Below the pieces are notes generated by a model. The model made no database searches and had not been told where the DNA came from. It saw only the letters and a program-made list of their open reading frames with translations. A DNA stretch of 63,625 nt, counting the filler, from Octopus bimaculoides (taxonomy: Eukaryota), in NCBI RefSeq assembly GCF_001194135.2. It is 7 parts of 6 records of this genome, joined end to end, with 100 filler letters (N's around TTAATTAATTAA, not from the genome) between each part and the next. Parts side by side here need not be neighbours in the genome. Positions count along the whole stretch, not along the records: positions 61,649 to 63,625 come from NC_068988.1; 6 more parts are not named here. One strand, given 5' to 3'. Of the stretch, positions 63,225-63,625 are shown piece after piece; the stretch's first letter is position 1; every line of letters starts with the position of its first letter. Both the position numbers and the translations under genes were made by a program.

Positions 63225-63309
63225 TTATTAATCAAATAATACTCTACCTTTGGTATTCCAGTGCTATTTTTCCCACCTCGCTTTGCACGGATGTGCAACT
63301 CATGGTATA
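63225..63309 (-). repeat. Second copy of the 2115-2195 dispersed repeat
   Basis: TACTCTACCTTTGGTATTCCAGTGCTATTTTTCCCACCTCG. Confidence 0.55.
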
Positions 63310-63402
63310 CGTACACACGTACATACATACATACATACATACACACACACTCACGCACGCACGTGCACGCACACGCACACACAAACACACATACACACAC
63401 AC

Positions 63403-63625
63403 TGGCGGCGAGCTGGCAGAAACGTTAGCACACCGGGCGAAATGCTTAGCGGTATTTCGTCTGCCGCTACGTTCTGAGTTCAAATTCCGCCGAGGTCGAC
63501 TTTGCCTTTCATCCTTTCGGGGTCGATTAAATAAGTACCAGTTACGCACTGGGGTCGATATAATCGACTTAATCCGTTTGTCTGTCTTTGTTTGTCCCCT
63601 CTGTGTGTAGCCCCTTGTGGGTAGT
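63403..63625 (+). mobile_element. SINE family C, least diverged copy, runs off the window end
   Basis: GGCGGCGAGCTGGCAGAAACGTTAGC..GAGTTCAAATTCC (B box)..GCCTTTCATCCTTTCGGGGTCGATTAAATAAGTACCAG. As I recall it, this resembles the Meta central domain. Confidence 0.9.

Overview
AT-rich, repeat-saturated, gapped eukaryotic intergenic or intronic DNA. The tRNA-derived SINE families and microsatellite landscape suggest a coleoid cephalopod, probably Octopus (inference, not searched). I found no intact host protein-coding gene, rRNA, functional tRNA or CRISPR array. Nearly all ORFs in the supplied track are microsatellite or N-run translations, or belong to decayed transposons. The window holds about 30 whole or partial SINEs of at least four modular families; RTE LINE, mariner, pogo/Tigger and Tc1 relics; a non-autonomous Helitron; a Helentron-type HINE; and a Merlin-like MITE with 28-bp TIRs, an 8-bp TSD and internal (CCCTAA)n. 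Three observations stand out. (1) Several dispersed repeats carry Penelope-type hammerhead ribozyme motifs; one at 13840-13905 has an intact catalytic core, and a three-copy family has a variant core and a compensatory stem II. (2) The 3' ends of an RLE-type non-LTR retrotransposon recur embedded in (ACAT)n at different 5' truncation points, suggesting microsatellite-specific targeting. (3) An old local triplication lies at 42.6-48.9 kb, with inverted SINE pairs nearby. Six TTAATTAATTAA islands inside exact 100-bp gaps are assembly markers. Family assignments come from my recall of motifs, not database searches.
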